64,000 bases of DNA from contig JAWMAR010000071.1 in NCBI GenBank assembly GCA_036785375.1, forward strand, positions 8,742,001 through 8,806,000, given 5' to 3'. The stretch comes from Leucoraja ocellata. Its lineage: Eukaryota. The notes under the pieces were generated by a model. It worked only from the letters and a program-made list of their open reading frames with translations, was not told the DNA's origin and did no database searches. Positions 1 to 12,734 of the stretch are shown here, piece by piece (positions within the stretch are counted from its first letter, which is position 1; the number at the start of each line of letters is the position of its first letter). The position numbers were made by a program, and so were the translations under genes.

Positions 1-140
1 TCTTAAATAGCGGAGGCAGGCGATATGGGGAGAAGGCAGGAATGGGGTACTGATTGGGGATGATTAGCCATGATCACATTGAATGGCGGTGCTGGCTCGA
101 AGGGCCGAATGGCCTACTTCTGCACCTATTGTCTATTGTC
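1..140 (+). mobile_element. CR1 LINE 3' end
   Basis: Tail gaatggcggtgctggctcgaagggccgaatggcctac...ctattgtctattgtct shared with the CR1 copies at 12735-13175 and 25428-28766. Confidence 0.75.
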
Positions 141-1040
141 TGTCCAATGGGAGGAGGAGAAGAAGGAGGAGGAGGAGGAGGAAGAATGTGTCGGTTGAGA
201 AAGCCTTTGAATATGTTGGCTGCTCTCCGAAGACAGTGGGTAGATGCAGTCAATGATGGGGACAGAATGCCGACCATGATGCCAACTCTTATCTGCCCAC
301 ACATTTCATGTCCAAACATATCCACATGCCTATCCAACAGTCTCTTAAATGCCACCATCATATCTGCCTCCATCACAACCCCAGCTATTCCTTCTAGTAT
401 TTGATATTTTCGCCTTGGAAAAAAGGTTGACTGTATATCCTATCTATGCCTCTTAATTTTACATCCCTTCTATAAGGTCTCCCCTCAACCTTCGGCGCTC
501 CAGTGAAAAAAAATCTAAGTTTGTCCAACCTCTCCAATGTGGTCCATACCCTCTAATTTAAGCATCTTTCTGGTAAACCTCCTCTGCACCCTTTACAAAC
601 CCTCCACATTCTTCCTGAGGATTTTACGAAATTTTAGGACATACGGTTTTATAAAACTATTAAACTATAAAACTATAGGCAACGCAGTATTTATAAGTGA
701 ATATTGAACGCTATTCGTTACGAATTTATGAAAGGCAACCAATAACGTGAAAAATAATCTTGGGACTGCTTCGTCTCGTTGAAATAGGGGTAACATTTTC
801 GTGTTAACATTATTTATACATATTGACCTCTATGCATCAATCTTGTTATTTTTGCCTTGGACCTCAGACGATAGGGAAACCGACGGGATGTAAAACATAT
901 TTGTTTGGAAGTTTAACGGAGAATAGTGATTTCCTTCCCCCAACATTACCCTATAATCAAACCTGCAAAAAAAAACGGTATGTAGAAATGTTTTGAACAG
1001 CTGATGAGATGACCGAAAGTGGAATCAGTCGCTGACCTAC

Positions 1041-1165
1041 CGTCCCAGTTCTGCTTCTACATCGTAGTAATCTTCCAGGACGTCCTCCTTGTTGGACCCG
1101 TCAACCCAGTAATCACAACTCGACGGTGCACTGGTAACATTCTGGTCATTGGCACTTTTCAGCAT
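1041..1165 (-). CDS. CAMK4: Calcium/calmodulin-dependent protein kinase IV, first coding exon (rest of gene lies beyond window start)
   Basis: MLKSANDQNVTSAPSSCDYWVDGSNKEDVLEDYYDVEAELG-R resembles the CAMK4 N-terminus (MLK...DYWIDGSNRDALSDFFEVESELGR). Ends in phase 2 at CG|GTAGG. Lies downstream of WDR36 on the same strand, as in mammals. Confidence 0.9.
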
Positions 1166-1800
1166 TGCTAAAAGCAGCTGAACTCCACTGTCTAAATTCA
1201 CAGTGGATGCGAGCAGCTGCACTCACAGCGCCCAGTGAGCAGCCGGTGTGGGTGCGCGGCGCGTCCAAGCAACGTGTGATTTGCTCAGGATTCCAGCATC
1301 TGCAGTGCCTCGAGTCTCCAACAACGTTTGATTCTTTCCCTATTTCACCGAGCTAACCCCTATGTTCAAAACGACAACGACGAAGTTTTGGGGGCGAGAG
1401 TGTGCATAACCTCTCCTTGTTTTTAGCAGAGGGACCCATTCACTCCAATGACCCCAACATCAATGTTCAAAACATGCACAGCTCTCGGCTTGCACGGGTC
1501 TTAGCATCCGCCTACTCCCACTCCCACGTGCAAATTGCAGCGACCTGCATTTCATTTCTTATATAACGCATTTACTGTTGGCATAGTTTGCACCATCAAA
1601 CTTCGCCGTTATCACTGTGCTAAATCCAACTAGTGTTGTCTATGGATCAGCAGGTTTAAGTTTTATAGATCCATTTTAGATGACAAAATAACCGGTCCCA
1701 GTGAAGGGCAGGCACGGCGCGTGCAGCAGCTGGGAGTTTAAAATAGGCACGTGCGTGTGCTAGTAACGGTCGCCGTTCCCGACGCGGAGATCACAGATTG
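1166..1800 (-). promoter_or_regulatory. Candidate CAMK4 5'UTR/promoter region (CpG-enriched)
   Basis: CpG-rich stretch upstream of the CAMK4 ATG. Minus-strand TATTTTAAA at ~1738-1746 with an adjacent CACGTG E-box. TSS not determinable. Confidence 0.4.
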
Positions 1801-1928
1801 ACGGGAATAACCCAAAGTGAAACATTTCACACCCTGGAAATATGCAACCGCAAAACACTGGGGAGAAACACTCCACAGCTCAGGTGGCATCAATGAAGAA
1901 AAACCCTTAACGTATCAAGTTTCTTTAT

Positions 1929-2575
1929 CAGGGCTGCCAACATTGGGTGAGAGTTGGGAGTGAGAAATTGGGAGAGGCCAAGCCCGAGGGAGCGCAGATT
2001 CACAACTCTCTGCGTGAAGATAGTTTGTCCTCATCTCAGTCCTTTCCTAACTGGCCTATCCTTTATTCTTAAACGGCGACCCCTGGTTCTGAACTCCCCC
2101 AACATCGGGAACATTTTTCCAGCAGTTACAGTAAGTAAAAATCTAGCAGGTAAGCAGGATGCTTTCACCAACCACCTCCATTTGAAGGCCACCGCTTCTA
2201 CCCAGTGCTTGGTACTTACTTCCAGCAGCGCTGATCCATGCCGGTCACCAGGGCGAATTCGGCAGAGACTCTCATGGCAGTGGCGCAACGCTTCCGATGC
2301 CTCCGACGGCTCGGGACTCTGGCACTGAGGCTAGGCTGCTCCATGGCCGGAGCTGCAGCGAGCAACTCGCCAGCCCGGCAAACACTCGTCAGCCCGGGCT
2401 CCCCGTCCGCATCTGCCCCGCCGCTGCTTCTGCTTCCATCCCTCCCTCTTGAAATGTTCGTTGATCACAGAATTTCTCACGACAGAACGTGAGAAATTTG
2501 TGATCAGCTTGAGAGCGTGAGAATTTGACCAAATGCGTGATTCTCACGCTCAATGCGTGAGCGTTGGCAGCCCTG
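1929..2575. mobile_element. Non-autonomous DNA transposon (hAT-like) with 13-bp TIRs
   Basis: CAGGGCTGCCAAC at 1929 and GTTGGCAGCCCTG ending at 2575. Flanks ctttat/ctttac. Subterminal GCGTGA repeats and an internal CR1 3' fragment. Confidence 0.75.
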
Positions 2576-3514
2576 CTTTACAGACCCGAGAGCTGGTCTA
2601 GAAACCACAAACCATTGCAAAGGATTTCACAACGTGCTGTTAGGAATCATTATTCCTTCCAATTCTTTGAGCAATCAATAGAACTGTTCAGTTTACTAGC
2701 ATTAGCTCTTTGAAAAAAATATTTTAATCCATTCACTTTAATTTAATATGCATGTTATTCCCTTAGGACGGTGTGGGTCTTTGAGGCAGCACTTCGTGTA
2801 GACCCCTTCAATGGTGAGGCGGTCAATACCTGTAATTGACTGGGTAATGATCCTCACTTTCTGGAGCATTCACTGTTCTTGAGCATTAGTTATTGATCCA
2901 GTCAGCATCTCTCAACTGTACATCCATGGAAGTACAACAGAATATTTAGTAACATACCAAATCTCCTCAAACTTCAGACGAAGTCAAGGCTTGATGAGCT
3001 TTCTCTGTAATTGCAATGTGCTGGGCCAGGACAGATATTTAGTTATGCACTTTTTCCTATTGCTTCCAGTTCTACACTTTCACTACTTACGTGCTAATTA
3101 AATATCTAACATTCACCATTCTTGCATCCTACGCAAGATCTCTCATGTCAAATAAACTGCATGCTGGTTTACTCCTTTTCTATTCCTCACCATGACCTTA
3201 TTCTGTCTTTCTTATTTCTTCCAGATATTTAAGCGATAATTCCCAATATTTTTGTGCACATATTGGTGTTGATCCTCTTCTAAATGAGTATTTATATAAT
3301 TCAATAACATTAACATATCGATGTAATCATTCTTCTGATTATTACTTAGCAGAGGTATAACCATAACTAATAAAATAGCCAGGTTTAATTTAGGACCATA
3401 CAAAACATACAAAACAATAGATAATGCGAGTACATAAAATGGTTAATTCTATAAAACATTCTTTTTAATTCAACATAAAATTTGCTGAAATACAGATGTC
3501 ATTCCATAATAAAA

Positions 3515-3520
3515 TTTATT
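3515..3520 (-). terminator. Candidate WDR36 poly(A) signal AATAAA
   Basis: Plus-strand tttatt about 310 nt after the stop codon in AT-rich 3'UTR. Confidence 0.55.
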
Positions 3521-3826
3521 TACATATTACTAGTAATGACAAATAATTGGATTATCCGCAAAATGCATACTTTGGTAAGTTTTGGACAATTTTCTCCTCT
3601 ATATAAACCTATTATAGGCCTATATTAAAATGCCATCAATACTACAAGTTTGCAAAATCATAGTCAACAAAATACTTAAAAACCTTAAATGGAGAAATTG
3701 TATCTAAAATGCAATTTCTATCCATGGCAACGCACAGTATATAATGTAACAAAAAGTGGCAAAATAACATGTGTGGGTGTGATGAAGTAGAATGGGCACT
3801 GAATCATTGAAGTGCTAATTTTCAGT

Positions 3827-3976
3827 CTACAGCAGAGCACTTTTCATGTAGCCCAGGAGACACATGCTCTTATTGAATAGAGTTTGCATATGCATCCAAG
3901 TTTCTTCCAACAGCACTGAGACTTTAGACATTTCTTCTAATAGAACTGGTTCAGCAGCAATAACCTTGAGATGGAG
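3827..3976 (-). CDS. WDR36: WDR36 terminal coding exon (LHLKVIAAEPVLLEE...YMKSALL*)
   Basis: CAG acceptor, 150 nt ending in TAG. C-terminal KSALL is typical of vertebrate WDR36. Confidence 0.92.
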   Translation of the reverse strand, partial: LHLKVIAAEPVLLEEMSKVSVLLEETWMHMQTLFNKSMCLLGYMKSALL

Positions 3977-4734
3977 CTGCAATGGCAGGAGAGAAAAAGA
4001 AGAACATTAACATATTTGTAAATGAGGACAGATATGATCCAGCACAATGAATGATGCATCGACCTACCTGCAATGTGGGCTCTGAATGACATTTAAAAAT
4101 GTATTAATTCAGTAACTACGTAACTTAAAGTTATTAAACTATAACTTCAGTGAAATCATTTTATACATTTATCAGCTCACGCTTTAGCCTCTGAAGCTCC
4201 AAGTTGTCTCTGAAGCGCATGAGGCAGGGTGGGGAGGAAAGGATGGACAGACGGGGGACCTAGTTTAGATAATTAAGATATATGTTAATGAGTCAATCTT
4301 TTTACCCCAAGATGGAAATGTCAAATACTACAGGGGATAGTTTTGAGGTCAAGGGGGAAAAAGTTTACAGGAGATGTGCAAGAGTGTTAACACCAAGTGT
4401 GAAACGTGCTGCCAGGGGTGGTGGTGGAAGCAGATTCAATAGTGGCGTTTAAGAGGCTTTTAGATAGGCACATGAAAATTTGGGGATATGGAGGAACATG
4501 GAGCATGTGCAGGTCGAAAGGATTAATTTGGCATCATATTCGACACAGATATTGTGGGCCGAAATGCCTGTTCCTAGGTTGTACTGATCTAAAAAAATAC
4601 TGATTTCACAAGGATCATAATTTTCTTTCTTCCAAACATGGTAAAGTTAACATATTATTTTCTTATGAATATTATAAATAAAAAGTTTCCAATTTAAAAA
4701 GGAAGGATCATAGATTAAAGATTGTGGTGGAGGT

Positions 4735-5452
4735 GATGTCTCAAGCGCCAGAGACCTGGGTTCGATTGTGACAGCTTGTGTTGAGTTTGCACATTCTCTC
4801 TGGTTTCCCCTTGGTGCTCTCTCTCCCCTCCTACATCCCATAGATGTATGGGTTTACAGATTAATTGATCTCTATAAACTTCTGCTGGTGTAAAGGGAGA
4901 GGATGCAAAAGTGGGATTACATAGAACTAGTGTGAATGGTTGATTCAATAACATTAACATATCGATGTAATCATTCTTCTGATTATTACTTAGCAGAGGT
5001 ATAACCATAACTAATAAAATAGCCAGGTTTAATTTAGGACCATACAAAATATACAAAACAATAGATAATGCGAGTACATAAAATGGTTAATTCTATAAAA
5101 CATTCTTTTTAATTCAACATAAAACCTTGCTGAAATACAGATGTCATTCCATAATAAAATGTATTTACATATTACTAGTAATGACAAATAATTGGATAAT
5201 CCGCAAAATGCATACTTCGATAAGTTTTGGACAATTTTCTCCTCTATATAAACCTATCATAGGCCTATATTAAAATAAGGCATCAATACTACAAGTTTGC
5301 AAAATCATAGTCAACAAAATACTTAAAACCTTAAATGGAGAAATTGTATCTAAAATGCAATTTCTATCCATGGCAACGCACAGTATGGTTGATTAATGGT
5401 CGGCATGGACTCGGTGACCAAAGGACCTGGTTCCATGCTGTATATTTCAATC
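4735..5452 (+). mobile_element. tRNA-derived SINE (HE1/V-SINE-like) interrupted by a copy of the WDR36 3' end
   Basis: B-box gggttcgat, gagtttgcacattctc core, CR1-like tail resuming after 5394. Confidence 0.65.
4943..5386 (+). repeat. Direct copy of 3299-3740 (WDR36 3'UTR/downstream region)
   Basis: Near-identical ~440-bp sequence flanked by duplicated ATGGTTGATT (4936-4945, 5385-5394). Confidence 0.92.
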
Positions 5453-5568
5453 TAATATTTGAAAAATCATCATGCCAGTCATTAAACACCAAACGCGTAG
5501 GTTTCCCCAAATAATTGAATAAACTGTCATGAGATTTTATGCATGCATAATTGCTACTTTATGTGAAC

Positions 5569-7314
5569 GTGTGCTAAAATAGATCTGCCAGGAGTAAACA
5601 GTCTATTCTGATTTACCATCTTTCATCACTTGTTTCATGACCTTGTGCAACACCTTATGAAAAGCCTTCTGAAAGACTACATACATTATTTCGTGTTCGT
5701 TTTCTAAGTCTGCATAAAACTTGAGAGTCTTTAATTTACAAAGTCTTTAATGCATTACTCAATGCTGGCAGCAAGACAACTCAAAATGGCTGCACACACA
5801 GAATCTGCCTGCACACTCACATTGTCTACAGACACGATAAACTATGTACAAAACATCTCCCACGCCACACAGTCCACCAAACATCACATTCCCCCTTTCC
5901 AGTTTGAACGTCTCCATTTAGCTGGACCTCGCTTCACTCTTTTTTTCCAGACTTTTTTTGCATTTCAGTTTTCCTCAGTGTTCTCTTTTGAAGTGATATC
6001 AGTATTTGCTTTAGCTGTATACTGTTCTTTCTCCAGGACTGTCGTTTTTCTTGGCGGTCGTCAGCTTTTTGGATGCGAACGCGATTGGTTCTTCCTTGCC
6101 GTTCAGCGCCGTCTGTGAGATTACTGCTCCAAGACCACTCGGCGATGCATCAGCGGCTAGCGAGATCAGCTTCGATGGGTCATAGTGGACCAAATGCGTC
6201 TTCTGGGCGAGCATCTCCTTTAGCCTGGTGAATGCATGGTCACACTCTTTGGACCAGTGCCATTTGACACTGAGCTTTGATGCTGTTTTGCCGGCCATTT
6301 TGTGCAGTTCTTTAGTTAGCAGCTCGGGCCATCTTAGCACACTGCAACACATTCTTCGATGAGGCATCTGATTCCTTGAGAATCGCCTGCAGGATGAATG
6401 CGTGCCTGCAGCCCATGACCAGTCTAACCCCGCAACGCAATGTCTTGGCACTTTTTGCAGCATTGAGCTTTAAAATCACATGCCCTTGCCTTGGTACGAA
6501 GTTCGGCAAGAAATTCGGTGATCGATTGCCCTTCCTGTTGCACCGTCTGGTAGAAATCGAGGCGAGCTGCTAGGAAATTTTGACTTTCTTCGAAATGCAG
6601 CTGAAAAGCTGTTGTGATTTCAGCATATGAAACTTCAGTTACTTCTTCTGCAAGTAAAAGTTTCTGGAGACATTGATGAACACAAGAGAGCCTTCTTCAG
6701 ATCAGTAGTAATTGTCAAACTTTCAAAATAAAACTCAGCTCGCATTTAACACAACGACAACCTTTCTTGCTCGGGATTGAAACGATCGAACTGCCGAGAC
6801 GTGTTAGTTTGAGTATACTACAGAACTCAAAGAACTTTTTTTTCTTTTTTTTTTAAATCGAAAAATAGGCTCTTATGTGGGTCTTTGGACGTAACCGAAG
6901 TATCCCACTCCTGACACCACTTTCGTTTTCGAGGTCTGAATGTGTGCTAAAATAGATCTGCCAGTTGTAAACAGCCTATTCTGATTTACCATCTTTCATC
7001 ACTTGTTTCATGATCTTGTGCAACACCTTATGAAAAGCCTTCTGAAAGACCACATACATTATTTCGTGTTCGTTTTCTAAGTCTGCATAAAACTTGGCAG
7101 TCTTCAATTTACAACAGAAGTCATGAATGCTTTACCCAATGCTGGCAGCAATACAACTCAAAATGGCTGCACACACAGAATCTGCCTGCACACTCACACT
7201 GTCTACAGACAGGATAAGCTGTATACAAAACATCTTCCTTTGTCCTGTGCAGCACCACCTGCTGCACGAGAGGAGCAACGGGTCCTCCCACCCCACAGTC
7301 CACCAAACATCACA
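5569..7314 (-). mobile_element. Internally deleted Gypsy/Ty3 LTR retrotransposon
   Basis: Two LTRs (~5569-5888 and ~6942-7314, starting TGTGATG on minus). PBS TGGTGTCAGGAGTGGGAT at 6902-6919 complementary to the tRNA-Leu(CAG) 3' end. Polypurine tract GGAAAGGGGGAA at 5889-5900. Gag remnant QQEGQSITEFLAELRTKARACDF. RNase H remnant LAADASPSGLGAVISQ...EPIAFAS. Confidence 0.9.
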
Positions 7315-7829
7315 CATTACACTCAAGTTTATGCTCAATTATTTACTTTAAAACAAATTAGATTTCAGATATAATTTCCTTTTCATGAATAGGTTGCTCA
7401 ACTGTCAAATCTCACATACAATTATTTCAAAGCCTACAATGTTCTTAAATGTATTTTGTCTCACCACAAATAAAAAAAGATGGATTGAGTATACATGGAA
7501 GTTTATATATATTAATTGATGTCACATTTAGTTTTGTACAACATTTGATGAATCATTTCATAATCTCAAGATTTTGTTTTTCACAAATGTTTGCAGAATT
7601 AATTTCTACAACAATGATTAAACTTTGAGCTTCAATATTTTATATAAACCAATTATTTAATGCAATCATGTGGTCTTGGTCATTAGAGCTATATTAAAAA
7701 CATCTTTTGAGGCACAGATGTAAACCAACCAGTGTTGACGAGGATGGGATGCTATGTCATTGATTTCATATAACCAGATAACAATTACAGCACGGAAACA
7801 GGCCATCTCGCAATAATCGATTGAAAGAT

Positions 7830-8110
7830 AACCATGTGTCGTTCACCCACTGAGTCCATGCTGACAACCCATCACCTATTCATATTAGTTCGATGTTATC
7901 CCACTTTTGAATCTACTCCTTACACTGGGGGCAATTTACAGCAGCCGATTAACCTCCAAACCCGCACATCATTCTGACATGGGAGGAATCCAGTGCACCC
8001 AGAGGAAACCCATGCGGTTTCAAGGAGAACGTGCAAATTCTATCTTGGCAGCTTCAGAGATCAGGCTCGAACTCTGGTGCTGTGAGGTAGCTACTATCCA
8101 CTGTGCTGCC
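7830..8110 (-). mobile_element. Degenerate tRNA-derived SINE (same type as 4735)
   Basis: ggagaacgtgcaaa / gaggaaacccatgcgg core in reverse orientation. Confidence 0.55.
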
Positions 8111-8478
8111 CTCAGTGTTACTTTAAAAAAAAAGGAATCCAACTTAGTTTTGTGCATGATCTATTCACAGACTTTGATAATTCTTTAGACTAGAAAGCTA
8201 ATTTTTAAAGTCCTGAGGAACTCCATAACTGAGTTGGAGAATTCTAAAAATTCACTATTCCATTGACCTTGTTTCACGGCTGAAAGAAATTACACCTGAA
8301 CCTGAAACTGCCTTCTGGAATTATAGGAAAGCACAAAATTCTTTCAAAGATTTGGCCAAATGTCCAAAATCAATTTTTACAAATGGTCAATCAAATATCT
8401 TTTTTATGAATTTAGAAAATAATTTTCCTATGTATTTAAATATCACTTTTCTGTCAAACTTCTTTCATTTAATATTCT

Positions 8479-10584
8479 TTTTTAAAAAATGTTTTAAAAA
8501 AATTTATTAGAAGTAAGTACAGTCATATGGCACCAAAGTGCCTAATATATATTTTCATAATACATTTTATGTATAACTTCTTTTTTTTTTTGTTACATTG
8601 AAAAAAGATTAGGATAAGAAAAATAAGTTAGATAGTAAAGGATAGAAAGATGTGAAATACATAGTGTGTGAAGAAAGAAAACGAGTAAATGAAGAAAGTT
8701 GAGAGAGAAAATAGAGAAAATAAAATAAAAAAGAAAGGGAGATCATTATTTATAATCTTGACCAACCCTCGTCCAGTCCTGAAACAGTTCTTTTACAATT
8801 GTGTTGCACCATATGATTCTAAAAAAACGACGAATGGAGACCAACTCGTTATGAATTGGTCTGATTTATCCATTAGGAGGAATCGCATTTCCTCAAGATG
8901 AGCTGTGTCCAACATACTTGCAATCCACATTTTAAGCGTTGGTATTGATGTACCCTTCCAAAATTTAAGTATTAATTTTTTTGCTATTATTAAACCATAG
9001 TTAAGGAATAGATTTTGAGATGTGTTCAATTTATTCCCATCTTCCATTACGCCAAATATAATAATTTCAGTATTAGGTTCCATTCTTGTCTTGAATAATT
9101 TTGTAAATATTTCAAAAATATCACTCCAAAATCTATAAAGTTTTATGCGGGAAACTAAGGAGTGTGTTATAGTTGCCTTTTGGGCTAGACATTTATCACA
9201 AGTGGCGGATATATTTGGATAACATTTGTTCAATCTTGTTTTTGAATAATATAATCTATGTACAATTTTAAATTGAATTAGATTATGTCTTACATATATT
9301 GAACATATATCAAGTATTTTTCCCATTTAACCTTCGTAATTTTTATCATTAGTTCCCGTTCCCACTCTTCTCTAAGTACCTCTGTCGATGGTACGTCTAT
9401 ATTTAGAATACTATTATATAAATATGATATTAATTTTTGTTAGTCAGCTTCAATATTCATTGCTTCTTCCAATAAGTCAGGAGTTACTTTTTGATATCCT
9501 TGTATATATTTTTTCATGAAATCGCAAATCTGAAGATATTTAAAATATTGGTTGTTTTTCAATTTAAATTTTAATTGTAATTGTTGGAATGATAGTAGGT
9601 TTCCCATTTCGTACATATCCCCGATCCTTCTAATTCCGAGACTTTCCCATTGGTTATATGTCTTATCAATAAGAGATGGTTTAAATAAAGGGTTATTCGC
9701 TATTGGCATTAACAGTGATAGATTTCTTAATTTTAAAGATAATTTTATTTGTTTCCAAATTCTTATTGTACCATATATAATTGGGTTCTTCTTATATATT
9801 GTGTTATTCAGTTTTTTTGGGGAGAAGAGGATCGTTCCTATATTACAAGGATGGCAATCCTCCTTCTCCATTTTTATCCATTCTGTCTGTTGGGTAGAAC
9901 TATCCAACCAATAAATCATATTCTTAATACGCACTGCCCAGTAATAATACATAAAATTCGGAAGTGAAAGTCCCCCGACCTCTTTTGGTTTACATAAGTG
10001 TTTTTTTGTGCTTCTATGTGATCTATAGTCCCAAATATAATTAGTAATATTAGAGTCTAATTTAAAAAATATATATTTTGGTATATATACCAGTATAGAC
10101 TGAAATAGGTATAGTAATTGTGGTAGGAAGATCATTTTTATTGAATTTATTCTACCTAATAATGATAAGGGTAGTGTTTTCCAAAATTTAATCAGCGTAT
10201 TAACTTTATTTAATAAAGGTATGAAATTAGCGTTGAATAATGCTTTATATTTTCTAGTAATCTGAATACCCAAATATTTAAATTTTTCTGTTGCGATTTT
10301 AAAGGGGAACTTCAATAAGTGTGTAGGTTCTTGAGGTTTTAATGTCATGATTTCACTTTTGTTCCAGTTTATTCTATATCCAGAAAAAGACCCAAATTCC
10401 TCTATTAAGTTTAATAAATTTGGTATGGTCGTTTGTGACTTTGTAATATATAAAAGTATATCGTCTGCATTTAATGAGATTTTATTCTTTGAGTCCCTGG
10501 TATTATAGCCCTGAATATTCGGATGAATTCTTATACTTTCAGCCAGGGGTTCTATCATTAGGGCAAATAGCAGGGGTGATAGTT
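8479..10584 (-). mobile_element. 5'-truncated L1-clade (L1/Tx1) LINE
   Basis: ORF2 RT C-terminal half (NADDILL for YADD, FSGYRINWNKSE, FKYLGI, GGLSLPNF, Cys/His end). AATAAA at 8503-8508 on minus. 12-bp TSD atttaatattct at 8467-8478 and 10585-10596. Confidence 0.92.
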
Positions 10585-11998
10585 ATTTAATATTCTAGAC
10601 ACTGGCCTTCAACCATTGGTGTACAAGTTGCTTAAAACAACAGAACAATGCAGTCAGTGAGCAGTGCAGTCATGGAATATCAAAATCAAAGCTTCCAGAA
10701 AATAGCATTTTTGTGATAATGAAAGTGCCAAAAGAAGATTCCTTTTCACGATCGCTATTTTTTCTCGTGTGAGAAAGCGGAATAAAATCAATTGTGTCAT
10801 AAGGATTGTCGGTTCATGTTTGGGCCCTGGAAAACTGGACAAATTGTTAAAATTGTCACATAGCCTCCAGGATGGTGTTTATCATTTTGGGTCTTTAAAA
10901 TCCATATAATGTAAAAGGCCATTATTTGGCCCATCAAGTCTATACTGGTTCTCAGACTAATCACATTAACTCTATTTCCTAATTTATGTAATCTACTTTC
11001 TCACATGTTCATTAATACATTTACCCCCTTGATCTTCTCATCGTCCAACAGCATTTGGGGTAATTAATAGCAGCCAATTAGCCCAACAAACAGCACATCT
11101 TTGAGATGAGGGATGACATGGAGAACATGCTAACTCCACACTGACCCAGATTACTGGAACTGGGTCAAACCTGCATTAGCTGCAACACCACTGTGTCACC
11201 CACAAATCTATAGGCTGAGTAGTGTCTGTGGATAACCACCAATTAAGTAAATTAGAGGAAAAATGAGTATGACCCATGTTTGATAGCAATGCATTTTCCT
11301 AATGCAAAGTTCCTTATTTCATCACCCAAATTTTAAATGGGGAAGGAAGCTTGTAAAAGTCTGACAACAATCTACTTCATTTTTACTCACTCACACATAT
11401 CTTACATTGGTTGATTTGGGAAAGTCAGAACATCTTAAAGTTCTTGTTATTTTAGCAAGCTACTTTTAATGCAACAATTAAAATAACGGGTTAACATTAC
11501 TGGTCTATGTTTCATTATATTTACAAAAGCCTTTTCATCAGTCACCAACATCTGACCAACACGCCAGTCCAACGCACACCATGGATGCTGGCAATATTCA
11601 CAAAGCCCTCAAGTTGCAAAGCTGTTCAAATATCCAATTAATATTAAAAAACATGCAAATTCAATGTAGAAAAATACCATTGGGATGGGTCATCTTCTTT
11701 TAGATCCTATCTAATTAGATTCTATATTAATCACCATTTATTTATTTTAAAAATGGAAGCTTTTAGCTGAAATTTTAAGAATAAGTCCCAGATTAAAAAT
11801 GTTTCCTGAAAAACAAGAAAGCACATATTTTGCACATTTACATACAAAAAGCTGGATACCACCTTATGCAATATGACAATGACCTTTTCATGTGCATACT
11901 AAACACCCAGCTTTTTAACAAGTGCTTAGATTTACTCCTACAGTGAAATGAAGCTGTAAATTGAAATGATCTATGTTTCCAAATTTTAAAAAAATTAC

Positions 11999-12186
11999 CT
12001 TTAAGTACAGTGCCAGGTAGGCCTGAGCCAATTCAAAATCACGCTTTGTACAAAGCATGTAGCTGATCATTTGAAGAAAGCTCTGCATCACATTCAAAGA
12101 ACCTCCTCCTTCTGGAGCCAAGCTCCTCATTTCAATGTCGATATTCGATGGTCCCATTCCTTTCAAAAGTTTAATTACATGGTCAT
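11999..12186 (-). CDS. WDR36: WDR36 exon (DHVIKLLKGMGPSNIDIEMRSL...DFELAQAYLALYLK), Utp21 C-terminal domain
   Basis: 188 nt, CAG/GTAAT junctions, hallmark GPS.ID.E.RSL and DFELAQAYL motifs. Confidence 0.95.
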
Positions 12187-12734
12187 CTGCAGAAAACAAA
12201 TGAATTTTCAATTCCTTTGAAACTATTTCTTTAAATGTTCATTTGGTTACAATTATTCATAACAACCAATATTTTAAAACAATTGCAGCTAAATGAGAAA
12301 TCACCCACACAAGGGAAAAATATGCAAATTTATCCCATTTCTTTTGGTGCGGAATATAATTTATGACAATGAACAAAATTCTGCACACTACCCCCATCAA
12401 AGATATAAATGTTTCAGAACAGAACCCAAATATTTTTCCACAGCTGTACTCAAAATAGTCAAGAACTATTAAATGTTAAACTATACTATAGTTTATATGT
12501 CATTGCAAGACCAGCTTTATATTGCTACCTCTTGTTATTCTTCAGAAGGTACCTAAACATCTTCAATTGCAATGTTCAAGCAGTGAATGTACACCCACAA
12601 GTGGAGAATGTATATCCTCAGTGGATGATGTTCCAAAACCATGATGCAGCAAGAATGAAGGAGATTCAATTGTAATGAGACAGATTAGGAACACACAGTC
12701 TTTTAACTTTGCTGCTGTGTCACTTACTATCAAG

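Noticed and set aside
3212-5056. Twin small ORFs (MYVLYGPKLN... / MYILYGPKLN...)
   Set aside because: Arise only from the 3'-end duplication; non-ATG starts and no coding evidence
8793-10558. Long RT ORFs as an active or domesticated gene
   Set aside because: 5'-truncated L1 with TSD, YADD changed to NADD, and a frame break
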